Virus record (IMG/VR): IMGVR_UViG_3300036831_000067
Location: 1-64,000 of that record
Length of the DNA: 64,000 nt
From: a virus
Direction: 5' to 3' (one strand)
The position numbers were made by a program, and so were the translations under genes. The notes below the pieces were generated by a model. It searched no databases. It had not been told where the DNA came from and saw only the letters and a program-made list of their open reading frames with translations. Position 1 is the stretch's first letter. Each line of letters opens with the position of its first letter. Shown here piece after piece: positions 8,332-16,503 of the stretch.

Positions 8332-8771
8332 TTATGTACAACTTCAACAGCTATGGCGAGGTCGAGAGTGGCCCGGGTACCTACGAGCAGGCCGCGATGG
8401 ATCTCTATGAGCGCGGGCAAGTCCGGCTCAACTGGGTCGACGGAATGGGCACCCTGCTCAACGTCCTGCTGAGCTTTGACCCGACGGTGGTCGGTGCCCC
8501 GGGCGGCCGGATCTCCGGTGGGCCCGGACAGCTCTACGTGAGCGTCGCCGGGATGGGTATGCACGCCTGGACGCTGGGCAGCTCGGACATCTTCTCCGGG
8601 TATCTGGCCGAGAAGATCATGAGCGGTCAATACGTGAACACCACCGCGACCAAGCTGGCCGAGTTGGTGTCTGGCGTCCGGCGTGAACTGACCAAGATGG
8701 TCACTGCCGACCACAACCCCGGAGAAGAAAAGGAGAGTAATGACACACACATTGGAACGCACGCTCGATGA
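8328..8771 (+). CDS. Hypothetical protein
   Basis: GGGAGG RBS; good codon usage. Confidence 0.75.
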   Translation: MIMYNFNSYGEVESGPGTYEQAAMDLYERGQVRLNWVDGMGTLLNVLLSFDPTVVGAPGGRISGGPGQLYVSVAGMGMHAWTLGSSDIFSGYLAEKIMSGQYVNTTATKLAELVSGVRRELTKMVTADHNPGEEKESNDTHIGTHAR

Positions 8772-9021
8772 GCGATATCAGGTCGTGCACGAGGCCATTC
8801 TGGCCGGGTCCCACGCCGAGGTTCAGGAGTTGATCGATACCGGGATGGCCTGGCGTATGCCGGGCAGTGTCGGGCGGGCCTGCATGGCCGCGCTGCAGTC
8901 CGGGGCGGCCGTGCTGGCGCCCGAGCCGAAGCGCGACTACTACGGCAACGTGGTGCCCAGCTACCGTGACGTGCTCGACGGCACGACTGGTTCGGTAGGC
9001 AACGCCGAGAAGCAGGACTGA
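8740..9021 (+). CDS. Conserved phage hypothetical protein
   Basis: QELIDTGMAWRMPGSVGRACM...DYYGNVVPSY pattern; AAGGAG RBS. Confidence 0.8.
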   Translation: MTHTLERTLDERYQVVHEAILAGSHAEVQELIDTGMAWRMPGSVGRACMAALQSGAAVLAPEPKRDYYGNVVPSYRDVLDGTTGSVGNAEKQD

Positions 9022-9027
9022 AAAGCT

Positions 9028-9071
9028 GCCACGGGCGGCAGCCAACCCCCCACCGTGCTGTCGTCCGTGGC
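9028..9071 (+). terminator. 15-bp hairpin (two G-U pairs); terminator or processing site
   Basis: GCCACGGGCGGCAGC / GCTGTCGTCCGTGGC followed by pyrimidines. Confidence 0.6.
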
Positions 9072-9084
9072 CCTTCCTTGTCCA

Positions 9085-9124
9085 GGAATACCTAGATCTG
9101 CCACAATGTTCATATAATCGGAAG
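9085..9124 (+). promoter_or_regulatory. Early-class promoter GGAAT-N18-GTT
   Basis: GGAATA-14-AATGTTCATATAATCGGAAG. Confidence 0.8.
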
Positions 9125-9134
9125 GGAGAACGAA

Positions 9135-9356
9135 ATGACCACACCGCTGACATCTGCGTTACAGGTGCATTATCCCGACCGCCGGACACGGGCCTATGCC
9201 GAGATGGAGGCGCTGTTGACGCAGCGTCACATCGCAGAGACCCACCCCGAAGAGGTTTCGCTGTATCCGACGATCGAAGAGTCCTACACCACGGCCACCA
9301 TGATGTGCGCCGACCTCGACGAGATCGCCGCCGAGATGATGGAGATGATGAAGTGA
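9135..9356 (+). CDS. Small hypothetical protein
   Basis: RBS directly after the promoter motif. Confidence 0.75.
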   Translation: MTTPLTSALQVHYPDRRTRAYAEMEALLTQRHIAETHPEEVSLYPTIEESYTTATMMCADLDEIAAEMMEMMK

Positions 9357-9646
9357 CTACCACATACCCCAGCGCTTCGGTTGTTTCCCGTGCGCTGCGC
9401 CGCGACGCCGGGATCATCAGCGTTGCGTACAACCGCCTGGGCTACCGGGTCCGGGGCACCCGTTCCTTTGCCCCCGCGATCGTGGTGGCGTGCTCTGAGC
9501 TTCCACACAGCCGCGCCGATGTCTTTCGGGCGCGGGAGCTTCACGAGCACCTCACCAACTTGGGGTGGGAACTCACCCCCCTTCCTGAGGGCGACACCAT
9601 TCTCTACGTCCAGCGCGTCCCAGCGAAGAAGGAGACGAAATCATGA
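9353..9646 (+). CDS. Hypothetical protein
   Basis: GTGA overlap start. Confidence 0.7.
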   Translation: MTTTYPSASVVSRALRRDAGIISVAYNRLGYRVRGTRSFAPAIVVACSELPHSRADVFRARELHEHLTNLGWELTPLPEGDTILYVQRVPAKKETKS

Positions 9647-9864
9647 CCACCGCAACCCTGAACCAGACCGAGCACGCCTATGCCTGCCGCATGGCATTGG
9701 CCGAGCTGCTCAACGCTATCGCTGTCACCGGCTCGTCGCGCCATGAAGCGCTATCGGTTGGGCGGCTGTGGTTGGAGCGGGCTCGCAAGCAGGCCCAGAC
9801 CGCCGATGAGCGCACGGTCGTGCGTCGTCTGCGCGAGGCGATGAGAGGAGTGGAGCAATCGTGA
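9643..9864 (+). CDS. Small hypothetical protein
   Basis: AAGGAG RBS. Confidence 0.75.
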   Translation: MTTATLNQTEHAYACRMALAELLNAIAVTGSSRHEALSVGRLWLERARKQAQTADERTVVRRLREAMRGVEQS

Positions 9865-9886
9865 CGACTTCCTTCTGGCAGTCCAC

Positions 9887-10123
9887 ATGAAGGCTGCCCG
9901 GACCCGGGGACATATTCACCGGCTGGCCGTCGAGCACGGTTGGCAGGTAGGAACCGTTAACCGAACCGATGTCCTCACGCGCGGTCAGATCTTGGTTCGG
10001 GTGCGTTATGCCCGTAACGGGAGATTGGTGCACGTGGCTCAATACGCGCCTAACGGTCTAAATGAGCACCCCGCCAGGGGCAAGCAAACCTATGTCCGGC
10101 AATGGCTGACGGAGGCATCATGA
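9887..10123 (+). CDS. Hypothetical protein (A..GW paralogue family)
   Basis: LAVEHGWQV...RG..LVRVRY..NG...VRQWL. Confidence 0.7.
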   Translation: MKAARTRGHIHRLAVEHGWQVGTVNRTDVLTRGQILVRVRYARNGRLVHVAQYAPNGLNEHPARGKQTYVRQWLTEAS

Positions 10124-10345
10124 CATATGAGCAGGTTAATACGGTTGCTGAACTGGCTGCACTGCCTGAGTTCTCGGTGGTGCAGTTTCGGGGGTTACCC
10201 CGAGGGTGGACATCCGATGCAGGTGGTCTGGCAGAAGGACGGGGCGTGGTTCCCGGCCGGGGGCACTGATTATCTCAAGGACGAGGACGTGCCCGAGGTG
10301 GCCCTACCGGCACTGGTGTTGTGGCGTCCAGTGGAGGCATCGTGA
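10120..10345 (+). pseudogene. Frameshifted small actinophage gene (ELAALP...LPALVLW family)
   Basis: N-half (GGAGG RBS, MTYEQVNTVAELAALPEFSVVQF) and C-half (GYPE...WQKDGAW...LPALVLWRP) are in different frames joined at TTTCGGGGG, 10186-10194. Confidence 0.6.
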
Positions 10346-10653
10346 TCCTGCACACCGCCTATGTCAACGAGGAAGCGATCCTGAAGAAGGGTCGTTACGC
10401 GGACGGCAGTACCGCTCTGGTGGCCTACAGTGCGCTCGGCGAGGTGCTTTCCAAGTGCACGGTGTGTCTAGACGAATACGGTGAAAAGCCGCGCGACGCC
10501 GAGCACGTGTTCATCAAGGACTACTCGGAGAACGAGGGCATGCTCAAGGCCCTGCAGGACGCGGGCATCGTCGGTGAGGTGCTGCGCACGGTGCCCTGTG
10601 GCTTCTGCACCGCTCATGAGGTCAAGCTGATCGCGGAGGTGGAACCGCTGTGA
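10342..10653 (+). CDS. DUF4313-like hypothetical protein
   Basis: YADGSTAL...TVCL...VFIKDYSENEGMLKAL..AGIV. Confidence 0.7.
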   Translation: MILHTAYVNEEAILKKGRYADGSTALVAYSALGEVLSKCTVCLDEYGEKPRDAEHVFIKDYSENEGMLKALQDAGIVGEVLRTVPCGFCTAHEVKLIAEVEPL

Positions 10654-10678
10654 GTTCCGGCGGCCGACGATTGAAGGG
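10648..10678 (+). promoter_or_regulatory. Late-class motif CTGT-N22-AAGGG
   Basis: Matches the motif found before structural genes. Confidence 0.6.
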
Positions 10679-10691
10679 GTGAGGAGGAGCC

Positions 10692-11144
10692 ATGAGGATC
10701 AAGAAACAAGCCGAGCAGTGGCCGGACTGGATGACCCCCGAAGAGCGCACCGAGGCGTCTGGGCTGGCCCGTGAGCTACAGGACCGTGCCGATCGCGGGG
10801 AGATCTCTCCGTTGGATGCCCGTAGTCCGCGTTCGGTCAACGACGCCATGCAGGTCAACCGTGAACGGCGCCATCGTTTTCCGGATCCGCACTACGACGA
10901 TTACGACAAGGCCTTCAACGACTTCGAGCACCAGCAGGCCTATGAGGAGGCCGGGGTGGATCCCGCCGATACCGCCCGGCTGGGTTGGGGATCGCAGAAG
11001 CCCTCGCCCGAGAAGGTGCCGCCACCGCCGGTGCGCAACGACGATGTCCGGCTGATACAGCCCGAGGAGTCCGGGCTGGAGTATCCGGCCATTGTGCGGC
11101 GTAATCCCAAGGGTGACGGCTGGGATGTGATGAAGCCGCTGTGA
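10692..11144 (+). CDS. Hypothetical protein, candidate capsid-internal protein
   Basis: GAGGAGGAG RBS; own late-class motif; N-terminus MRIKKQAEQW. Confidence 0.75.
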   Translation: MRIKKQAEQWPDWMTPEERTEASGLARELQDRADRGEISPLDARSPRSVNDAMQVNRERRHRFPDPHYDDYDKAFNDFEHQQAYEEAGVDPADTARLGWGSQKPSPEKVPPPPVRNDDVRLIQPEESGLEYPAIVRRNPKGDGWDVMKPL

Positions 11145-11199
11145 GCGGTCCAGTTTTGCTCTAATCTTGGTATCAGACACACACAAAGGAGAATTACCC

Positions 11200-11946
11200 A
11201 TGCGACCGTCATTGACCTTCAAAACTCCCCGGGGGATCAGCCGTTCGATCCGGCGCGAAGACATCAAGAAGATCGAGCCCGATCCCAAGACCGGCGGGTC
11301 TCGGCTCTGTGGACCGAGTGGTTTCTTCACCTTGGTGTGCGAAGACCCCGAGACCGTTCGCAACATGATTACCGAGGACTTCGTTGCCGAGCAGGAGGAG
11401 GAGCGCCAACTGCGCGAGCGTTGCCCGTCGGTTCCCGCCCGGCTGCTCGGTGATCGTGATCGCCCTGAGAAGGGTGATTTCATCGCCGTCTACAACAAGG
11501 CAGCTCAGCGCTGGCGCTGCTATCAGGTTTGGCGCCGCGTCAACCACCGTGACACCACCTCCACGATCACGATCGTGCGGGCCTCCCACGTCCCGCAGTC
11601 CGGGGACGGATCGGCCTATGCGCACTGGAACCGTGACGCCGGTTTCGCTCAGCCCACCAACTTCCACGGCTGGTGGGTAATTCCCGATACGGCCGAGGGG
11701 CGCCAGTGGGTGACCGACCAGATAGCCATCGAGAAGCAGGACGTACGCGATGAGGAGGCTGCCAAGCAACGCCAGTACCGCGAGCCCGGAGCCATCGTGG
11801 AGCGAATGCTGCAACGGGCCAAAGAGTGCGAGATCCAGGCCAACGGACTAGAAGCCGACGCCAGGGCAATTCGCAGGCTGGCCGAGCGGCTGCGCACCGA
11901 TGCCGATGTGATCAAGCAGAGCGCGTCGGAGCTTGTCGGTGGGTAG
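11200..11946 (+). CDS. Hypothetical protein with C-terminal coiled coil
   Basis: AAAGGAG RBS; long ORF. Confidence 0.8.
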   Translation: MRPSLTFKTPRGISRSIRREDIKKIEPDPKTGGSRLCGPSGFFTLVCEDPETVRNMITEDFVAEQEEERQLRERCPSVPARLLGDRDRPEKGDFIAVYNKAAQRWRCYQVWRRVNHRDTTSTITIVRASHVPQSGDGSAYAHWNRDAGFAQPTNFHGWWVIPDTAEGRQWVTDQIAIEKQDVRDEEAAKQRQYREPGAIVERMLQRAKECEIQANGLEADARAIRRLAERLRTDADVIKQSASELVGG

Positions 11947-11968
11947 AGAGAAACTGGGGATGCATCGA

Positions 11969-12018
11969 GGAATTTGTGTGATCCTTAGAGCATTCCTATA
12001 GGTAAGGGCGCAAGCCCT
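11969..12018 (+). promoter_or_regulatory. Degenerate early motif (GGAAT-N18-ATT) followed by a GNRA hairpin
   Basis: GGAATT...AGCATTCCTATAG, then AGGGC-GCAA-GCCCT. Confidence 0.45.
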
Positions 12019-12041
12019 CAAACAGAAAGAGAGACACACAC

Positions 12042-13235
12042 ATGACAACCACACTCACCCGTGAGCCTCTGGCCCCCCAGCGGGCCCGCAGCGTCGAACT
12101 GGAGGACATGGGCCGACTGCTGGCCCTGCAGCGTCGTCAGTCTGTCGACCTGGTCCTCCCGGCGTCCACCGTGCGCCTGGTCAACGGCAGACTGGAAGTT
12201 GCCGGGGCCGAGCCGATCCTGCGTAAGGACGGCGTGCTGGACCCCAACGGCTCCTACAGCTTGACCGCCATAGCCGATGGCCAACTCGGTGAGTTGTTCG
12301 GGGTTCCGGTCAAGTACGTGCGCAAGCTGCGTGATGAGTTCGTCGAATTGCTCGACGAGAACGTTAACCAGTGGGCCAATCACTCCAGCTACGCCGAGAA
12401 GAAGATCCTGGCTCGGTTGTTCTGGGCCGATGACCCCGAGCACCCCGAGACCGTCGGCAAGGCCCGGGCCTTCCTGTCCAACCGCTACGGTGCCAGAGAC
12501 AACTTCGACACCCTGGTGAGCACGCTCGACGGCATTCGTGAGGCCGGGCTGGCCGCCAACGAACTGGAGATCCACGGCGACATCACTGACCGCAGGTTCT
12601 ACGTGGTTGTGCACGCCCCGGAGATCCAGGGCTACGCGCACAAGCTGGTGGAGAACTACCGCAGTCCCTATGCGGGCCACGGTGGTGCCGACGCGGTCAA
12701 TCTGCCGATCGTGGATGCCGGGCTGATCATCTCCAACTCCGAGATCGGCTACGGGATGCAGAGCGTGACCCCGCGCCTGCGGATCCGGATGTGTGGCAAC
12801 GGTGCCCAGATCACCAAGGACGCGGTGGCCTTCCGGCACACCGGCGCCCGGCTGGACGAGGGGGCGGTCGACTGGTCGAACGAGACCCGCGCGGCCGTCA
12901 ACGAGGTGGCCCGGCTGCAGATCCGCGACGCCGTCAAGTCATTCCTGACCGCCGAGTACGTCCAGAAGACGATCGACGAGCTGGAACGCGACGCCGACAC
13001 CCCGGTGGACAACGTCTCCAAGACGATCGAGGCGGTGACCCAGGAGTTCGGTTACACCGAGGAGGAGGCCAACTCGATCCTGAACTTCTTCATGGACGGC
13101 GGCCAGCGCACAGCGGCCGGGGTGATGAACGCCATCACCGCAGCCGTGCAGGAGTTTGATGATGCCGATCGCGCCTACGAGGTCGAGGCCACCGCGATTC
13201 CCGCGATGGCGTTCGCCGCCAAGGCTGCTGGGTAA
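12042..13235 (+). CDS. DUF932-like protein
   Basis: RAFLSNRY..DN...GLIISNSEIGYG...PRLRIRMCGNG...RHTG pattern. Confidence 0.8.
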   Translation: MTTTLTREPLAPQRARSVELEDMGRLLALQRRQSVDLVLPASTVRLVNGRLEVAGAEPILRKDGVLDPNGSYSLTAIADGQLGELFGVPVKYVRKLRDEFVELLDENVNQWANHSSYAEKKILARLFWADDPEHPETVGKARAFLSNRYGARDNFDTLVSTLDGIREAGLAANELEIHGDITDRRFYVVVHAPEIQGYAHKLVENYRSPYAGHGGADAVNLPIVDAGLIISNSEIGYGMQSVTPRLRIRMCGNGAQITKDAVAFRHTGARLDEGAVDWSNETRAAVNEVARLQIRDAVKSFLTAEYVQKTIDELERDADTPVDNVSKTIEAVTQEFGYTEEEANSILNFFMDGGQRTAAGVMNAITAAVQEFDDADRAYEVEATAIPAMAFAAKAAG

Positions 13236-13245
13236 TCAGGAAACG

Positions 13246-13268
13246 GCCGGGGGTTTCGGTCCCCGGCC
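13246..13268 (+). terminator. Hairpin after the DUF932-like gene
   Basis: GGCCGGGG / CCCCGGCC stem; no clear U-tract. Confidence 0.5.
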
Positions 13269-13287
13269 CTTACCCATTCAAGGAGGC

Positions 13288-13527
13288 ATGATGGTCCATG
13301 ACCTGGACAAGATCACCGACTGGGCCGCCGAGTTCGGCTGGGAGGTCGTCGAGACCGACCCGCCGGTGCTCACTAAGGCCGGGCGTACGCTACAGCTCAA
13401 GTTCAACACCGCCGGAAAACTCAGCAGTTTGACCTGGATCGGCGGTGATGAACATAGCGAGACGATCCCCGGTACGACCAGCCTCAATAAGCTCCGCGAA
13501 TGGATGGCCACCGACCTTTCGTCATAA
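13288..13527 (+). CDS. Hypothetical protein (A..GW paralogue family)
   Basis: AAGGAGG RBS; WAAEFGWEV...LREWM. Confidence 0.75.
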   Translation: MMVHDLDKITDWAAEFGWEVVETDPPVLTKAGRTLQLKFNTAGKLSSLTWIGGDEHSETIPGTTSLNKLREWMATDLSS

Positions 13528-13549
13528 CTGAATCCCACTCCCCTAGACC

Positions 13550-13602
13550 AACCCACCCCCGGAATTCTCTTCCTTCCTTCCGTCCCGGGGGTGGGTTTTT
13601 TT
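13550..13602 (+). terminator. Intrinsic terminator closing the early island
   Basis: 13-bp stem AACCCACCCCCGG/CCGGGGGTGGGTT, 22-nt loop, T-run. Confidence 0.8.
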
Positions 13603-13630
13603 ATGCCCGAAAACAGAGAAGCATCGAGGG

Positions 13631-13663
13631 CTGTAGACCGTCTGCTCTTATGGCCTTAAGGGT
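13631..13663 (+). promoter_or_regulatory. Late-class motif CTGT-N23-AAGGG
   Basis: CTGTAG...TTAAGGGT directly before the RBS. Confidence 0.75.
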
Positions 13664-13674
13664 AGGAGGCCTTC

Positions 13675-14271
13675 ATGAAGTTCATCAGTTCCCGGCAACG
13701 GGAAACCGAAGCGACCCATCGCCGTTTAGCGGCCGAAGTCAAGAAATTCCGTGCGGGCGAGCAAGGCTGGTTCGATGGCACTCCGCAGTCGGTGGACCGG
13801 CGCCTGGTGGCCTGTAATCGGGCTCTGGCGGCCGCCAGGGGCGCCCTGGAGCGCGACCCGGTTGATCCGTACCCACTGCAGATTGTCGGGCATCTGGAGG
13901 ATGATCAGCGTGCGCTCGTGGGACTGCGCGAGGATCTGCTCACCGGCTGTGCCGACCGGGATCCGGTGCGTACCGCATCCGCCCCCGGCGCACCTCCGTT
14001 GTCGCGCGAGATGCAGCGCTGGGTGACCCTGACGTCTTCCCAGTTCGTCCAGGCCAATGCCGACTGCGTGCACTATCCCCACGAGCTGGCCATCCGGGCC
14101 CGCGACTACGCCAGTAGAGCGGCGTCGACTCATTTGCAGTGCCGCGAGGTGACGGCGGCGTTCGTCGATGCGGTGCTGGCCCGGGCCCGTGATGTTCCGC
14201 AGCCACGTCCGCACAACAAGACGGCCGCGCGCGATGTCTGCGATCTCGATGGTGCGGTGATGTTCCTGTAA
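13675..14271 (+). CDS. Conserved hypothetical protein, probably virion-associated
   Basis: GWFDGTPQSV; contains RTA and KTA motifs; strong RBS. Confidence 0.8.
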   Translation: MKFISSRQRETEATHRRLAAEVKKFRAGEQGWFDGTPQSVDRRLVACNRALAAARGALERDPVDPYPLQIVGHLEDDQRALVGLREDLLTGCADRDPVRTASAPGAPPLSREMQRWVTLTSSQFVQANADCVHYPHELAIRARDYASRAASTHLQCREVTAAFVDAVLARARDVPQPRPHNKTAARDVCDLDGAVMFL

Positions 14272-14289
14272 CCCTGGAAGGGGGGTCTG

Positions 14290-14475
14290 ATGCTGAGCTT
14301 GGCTGAGCGTGAGGAGATTCGTCAGGTTGCCTATGACGCTATCGCCGAGCTGGAACGTCAGATCTATGAGTGTGCGGGGTCCTACAGCTACCTGTGCTTG
14401 ATTGACGGCGCGGTGACTTTTACCCATCACCCGGTGGGACGTGTGTTGCGCTATATTCCGCGCCCGGTGGCCTGA
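14290..14475 (+). CDS. Small hypothetical protein
   Basis: Purine-rich RBS; fills the gap. Confidence 0.55.
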   Translation: MLSLAEREEIRQVAYDAIAELERQIYECAGSYSYLCLIDGAVTFTHHPVGRVLRYIPRPVA

Positions 14476-14484
14476 AAGGCGATC

Positions 14485-14769
14485 ATGTTCAGTATCGGAC
14501 CGACGAGCTTTTATCCACTGCTCGATACGCTGCTGCTGCTGATCATCATCGGTTGGCTGATTTGGCGTTACGTCAGTCTCAATAAGGCCCGCGACAACGA
14601 CATCGTCAAGATCACCGACACCATCAATGCCTTGCGTTATCGACAAAAGGCTTTGGAGGCGATTGTTTTACAGCACCATCGTCATCATCCCGGTGCCGGT
14701 GAGTTTCCTCTGGTCGACGACGAGTTTGACGATCTGGAGCCCCCCGGTGCCCAACCAGCTCAGCCTTAA
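14485..14769 (+). CDS. Membrane protein
   Basis: TM segment LLDTLLLLIIIGWLIW followed by a short coiled coil. Confidence 0.75.
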   Translation: MFSIGPTSFYPLLDTLLLLIIIGWLIWRYVSLNKARDNDIVKITDTINALRYRQKALEAIVLQHHRHHPGAGEFPLVDDEFDDLEPPGAQPAQP

Positions 14770-15136
14770 CGCACTGCAGGCCGTCGCCTATGCCGGTCTC
14801 GGCGGTGGTCTGGGGGCCGTCGGGGCGGCGTGGATCACGGCCCGCGCCGGGCGCGATCACGACAAGGCCGATGCCGCTGCTCAGCTCACCAAGGCTGCCT
14901 CGGCACTGACCGATCGGCTGGTCAAGCGCAATGCCGATTTGTCCGCCGACAACGGTCGGCTGCGGCGCACGTTGCTGGATCTGATCGAGCGCATCGACGT
15001 GGTGGTGCAGCAGTCGCGCCGGGAGGTCACCGACGACAAGGGGCCGCGTCTGATGATTCCGTTGCTGTACGCACTGGAAAAGGCCAATGACCGGGCCCAG
15101 CGGGTGCTAGCCGGGGCCGAGGACAGCCCGGCCTGA
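14747..15136 (+). CDS. Membrane protein with coiled coil (lysis-cassette type)
   Basis: Gly-rich TM AGLGGGLGAVGAAWIT followed by heptads. Confidence 0.75.
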   Translation: MPNQLSLNALQAVAYAGLGGGLGAVGAAWITARAGRDHDKADAAAQLTKAASALTDRLVKRNADLSADNGRLRRTLLDLIERIDVVVQQSRREVTDDKGPRLMIPLLYALEKANDRAQRVLAGAEDSPA

Positions 15137-15203
15137 CCTGTAGCGCAGCAGATCCTGGGCAGGAAGAAGTGAGGGGGCCGTTCCCCGACAAGGAAGGCAA
15201 GCC

Positions 15204-15638
15204 ATGACCGATCCGGTCGAGCAGTCCATCTGGACACAAATGGTCAATCCCGCCGACTCCATCAATCTGTATGAGGGCGAGCAGTGCGTGTCGCCGGTGG
15301 TGATCAGGGGCGCCAACGACATGCGCAAGTGGTTGCGGTTTCTGTCCTGGGATCTGTTGCGCTTCGCGGGCGTCACCCTGTTCAAGGGGCCGTTCAACCC
15401 GGCCGGTCTATGGGGGATTCGTGACCAGGTCAACCGCATCCACCTGCTCTCGGAGATGAACGCCATCATGCTGATGCGGATATGCGAAAGCGCTACTCCG
15501 CCGATCAACATCAGCGACGTGCTCGGCTATATCGGGCCGCCACCGGCCGCGACGCTGCAGGCCGGAATGCCACCCGATCCGCTCGACAGCACCGATTTGC
15601 ACCGCCGGTTCGGCGCCGGTCTGAAGGTCACGATGTAA
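15204..15638 (+). CDS. Hypothetical protein
   Basis: AAGGAAGG RBS; TAATG overlap with LysB. Confidence 0.75.
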   Translation: MTDPVEQSIWTQMVNPADSINLYEGEQCVSPVVIRGANDMRKWLRFLSWDLLRFAGVTLFKGPFNPAGLWGIRDQVNRIHLLSEMNAIMLMRICESATPPINISDVLGYIGPPPAATLQAGMPPDPLDSTDLHRRFGAGLKVTM

Positions 15639-16501
15639 TGGGCAAGCCCGCCATCATTACCGTCAACGGGACGGGTGTCCCCGACCCGTTCGGACCCGGG
15701 TTCTCCGGTGACATGGGCCGCTACCTCAGCCCGGCGGTGAGTTCCTGGGTGCCCGTCGCGTCTCAGTTCTTCGGGCCCTCCGTGGTCCCGCCGCCCCCGC
15801 CGATCTACTGGCAGCCGACCGGCTATCCGGCTGCCGTGGCACAGATGGGCGCCAGCATGTTGGCCGGTGTTGATGCCATCAGCGCCAACGTCGACAGGAT
15901 GGAGCAAGAAGGTATCAATGGCCCGGGTGACCCGCTGAGCCTGAGCGGGTACAGCCAGGGTGCCATGGTCACCGGCTACTGGGCGGTGAACCTCTGTCTC
16001 AATCCCAACGGCAAGTACCACAACCGGCTGGCCGACGTGCAGAAGGGCGGCATCGTTCAATATGGTGACCCGTACCGTTGCCCTGGTATCGCTCGTGGCA
16101 ATGACATCTGCGGCGTACCTGTGCCAGGCACTCAGGATGGTGCAGTTACCGGTGGCATATCTGGTCCATTAGACCTCACGCAGGAACAGACAGATGAACT
16201 CAATTTGAAATCATGCGCATTACCCGGAGATTTATATGCCAGTGCGCCGGTGGGTTCCAATCCCTGGACGGCGGAGGCTTCGGCCGGGAAGGTGGGCACG
16301 TCAATTTTCGCCGCAGTACAGAGCTTCACATTTATGAAATTGGTCAGGATTCTTCTGGACGTGTTCACGCCAATCGGCATGATCGAAGAGATTTACAACG
16401 GTATGCAATTCGCCAGTCAGGGAACAAATGCGCCACATTGGCGATATGAGCCATTCGTGGTTCCCATGAGTAATTGGATACTTAAAAACATAGGGGCCTA
16501 A
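15638..16501 (+). CDS. lysB: Lysin B (cutinase-like serine esterase)
   Basis: TVNGTG, GYPAA, GYSQG nucleophile elbow, YGDPYR..G, GDLYA and a C-terminal His. Confidence 0.9.
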   Translation: MGKPAIITVNGTGVPDPFGPGFSGDMGRYLSPAVSSWVPVASQFFGPSVVPPPPPIYWQPTGYPAAVAQMGASMLAGVDAISANVDRMEQEGINGPGDPLSLSGYSQGAMVTGYWAVNLCLNPNGKYHNRLADVQKGGIVQYGDPYRCPGIARGNDICGVPVPGTQDGAVTGGISGPLDLTQEQTDELNLKSCALPGDLYASAPVGSNPWTAEASAGKVGTSIFAAVQSFTFMKLVRILLDVFTPIGMIEEIYNGMQFASQGTNAPHWRYEPFVVPMSNWILKNIGA

Positions 16502-16503
16502 CC

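Noticed and set aside
10127-10345. ORF-track protein MSRLIRLLNW... as the real gene
   Set aside because: The RBS spacing fits the ATG at 10120 in another frame, so it is better explained as a frameshifted gene.
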